A stretch of DNA of 64,000 nucleotides from Squalus acanthias (taxonomy: Eukaryota): the NCBI GenBank assembly GCA_030390025.1, contig CM059431.1:159466001-159530000 (forward strand), read 5' to 3'. How positions within the stretch are numbered: the stretch's first letter is position 1; each line of letters opens with the position of its first letter. The notes under the pieces are model-generated. The model did no database searches. It saw nothing but the letters and a program-made list of their open reading frames with translations, and had not been told where the DNA came from. The position numbers and the translations under genes were made by a program. This document shows positions 62,285 through 64,000 of the stretch, piece by piece.

Positions 62285-62523
62285 ATAGCAATATACTGCG
62301 GATGCTGGAAATCCGAAATAACAAGAGAAAACGCTGGAAAAACTCAGCAGGCCAGGCAGCATCCGTGGAGAGAGAAAGAGAGTTAACGTTTCAGGTCGAT
62401 GATCTTTCATCAGAACTGAGTTCTGATGAAAGGTCATCGACCTGAAACGTTAACTCTCTTTCTATCTCCATGGATGCTGCCTGGCCTGCTGAGTTTTTCC
62501 AGCGTTTTCTGTTGTTATTACAA
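62285..62523. mobile_element. Palindromic Penelope-derived element with two opposed hammerhead cores and 10-bp TSD
   Basis: Inverted arms ~62312-62417 and 62419-62519; gcccattaag at 62275-62284 and 62524-62533. Confidence 0.85.
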
Positions 62524-62798
62524 GCCCATTAAGGTCTCTTTTCCATAGGCCACGCCCCCAATTTTTTTCTCAATTGAATGCAGTATCCCAGCAGCTGAAG
62601 GCACAATTCTATCAGTGGTAGACGTGGCAGTTAAAGTAAGTTGGATTTAATAGCATGTTTTGAAAACTTTTAAAGATTTTTAGTTGAATTGGAGTAATTT
62701 TAAACAGTTGCAAAGAGATTTAAAGTAATTTAAATAGTTTTAAAAGCCCAGAAATCATTTTTTTCATTGATTTTACTGTTTATAATCAGCAAACGGAA

Positions 62799-63050
62799 AT
62801 GGCTGCTATCAGCAATATCCAATTTATCAAAAGAACACAGAATTTCAGTGATGATGATCTCCGCACACTTCTTGACGAGGTAGAAGCGAAGCGATTACGG
62901 ATAATTGGAACTGAGAAGTCCAAGCCGCCTCGAAAAGGCCAAATGGCAGCGTGGAAAGAGGTTGCTCAAAGTGTGACCGCAACCTCGACCATTCCTCGTA
63001 CAGCTGAGCAATGTCGCAAAAAATTCAGTGATTTATTGCGAACGCTCAAG
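62799..63050 (+). CDS. Harbinger Myb/SANT-like DNA-binding protein, exon 1
   Basis: RTQNFSDDDLRTLLDEV...AAWKEVAQSV....RTAEQCRKKFSDL is a Myb/SANT-like (NAIF1/MSANTD-type) pattern; donor AAG|gtttgt. Confidence 0.85.
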
Positions 63051-63322
63051 GTTTGTATAGTTATAACAAAAGTCAATGTTAAAATGTCTTTACATTTAAA
63101 ATGAAAAACTTTGAAACAGTGTTTGTTTGCTAAGCTGAGTTAACTGAAGTCACAAGATGATGCCATAAATTCTTATGGCTTTTGTAGCCAGGCAAGTCTC
63201 ATAAAATGCTAATTTTATCTTGATTGCAATGCTTTGAGTTGCTTACTGAGTTAACTGTGTGAGTGCCAATGCAGTTTTGGTGTAAAAACCCTTACATTTC
63301 AGATTTTAATTTTCAATTTTAG

Positions 63323-63470
63323 AGTAAAACTGCTCACAACGCCAGAGAACGTTCACTGACAGGCGGTGATGTTGTCACGTTAAGGGCTTTAACCGAACAT
63401 GAGGAAAGGCTCGAGCATATGTTTCGATATCTTAGCGGATGTCCCTTTGAAAATGAACAAATCGACACAG
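63323..63470 (+). CDS. Harbinger Myb/SANT-like protein, exon 2
   Basis: ttttag|AGT acceptor, in frame with exon 1: SKTAHNARERSLTGGDVVTLRALTEHEER (TGG...LT..EE motif); donor CAG|gtgatg. Confidence 0.75.
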
Positions 63471-63517
63471 GTGATGTGTGCTGAATATTGCTAATGTTTA
63501 CTGTTTCCTTTACATAG

Positions 63518-64000
63518 GTTTATAGCAGACTTCTCAGTCACGGGATGAGCAGTGCGTTGAGTCTGCAGCAGAAGAGGTCATGGTGAAGGGCATGTCGAGC
63601 CAGTGGGAGATGCGAGTGAGGTGGTGGTGGAGGAGCAGCAAGAGGAAATTGTTGCTGAATTGAATATGGAGGATCTGGAATCTCGGTTGCAGGAGAGGTC
63701 CTCTCCATCTTCCTCTCCAACTCCTGGCCCCTCTGGCTCTGTGCCAAACAGACTGCAGCTTGATACTAGAGTGCATGTGGGAGACAAAAATATATATGCA
63801 GCATAACAGGAGATACAGGTTCACATCCACCATCTTGAAGGCTTGAGTCAATCGATGACTTCTCTTACAGAGAAATAAGTTGATTGTCTTGCCTCGGTCA
63901 AGCAGGGAGTGGAATGTCTGTGCATGTCATTTAATGAAATGAAAGATATCATATCTCAAAATCTGGGAATGGAGGTTAAGAAAATGAATGAGTCTCTTGT
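63518..64000 (+). pseudogene. Probable exon 3 of the Myb/SANT-like gene, disrupted
   Basis: Acceptor ttacatag|; early stop and frameshift; acidic and Ser/Pro-rich stretch EEQQEEIVAE...SSPTPGPSG. Confidence 0.45.

Larger units (their letters stand above)
62080..64000 (+). mobile_element. PIF/Harbinger DNA transposon, left end (runs off the window)
   Basis: Begins att|ggcccagaaattaa within a CR1; contains a spliced Myb/SANT-like gene. Confidence 0.8.

Overview
Eukaryotic DNA made mostly of transposable elements, with no intact host protein-coding gene that I can recognise. The repeat complement (HER1-type CR1 LINEs, L2, a tRNA-derived SINE, Penelope-derived palindromes) suggests a cartilaginous fish (inference). 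Contents: (1) many CR1 LINE copies, three of them near full-length (20056-23790, 36170-40811, 43418-47780); (2) an ~8.2 kb tandem segmental duplication (4562-12832 and 12833-20055) with partial further copies, whose main non-TE core is a conserved 81-nt minus-strand exon-like module present four times; (3) a single-ORF Ty3/Gypsy element with a candidate 11-nt self-priming site instead of a tRNA primer-binding site (PBS), inserted without a target-site duplication (TSD); (4) a second LTR element with a 1.26 kb E2F-motif-rich LTR, a tRNA-Arg PBS and gag-pro; (5) a solo LTR; (6) a PIF/Harbinger system made of a spliced Myb/SANT gene and many MITEs sharing its terminal inverted repeat (TIR); (7) three Penelope-derived inserts carrying minimal hammerhead ribozyme cores. 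All alignments were done by eye, and boundaries of decayed elements are approximate.
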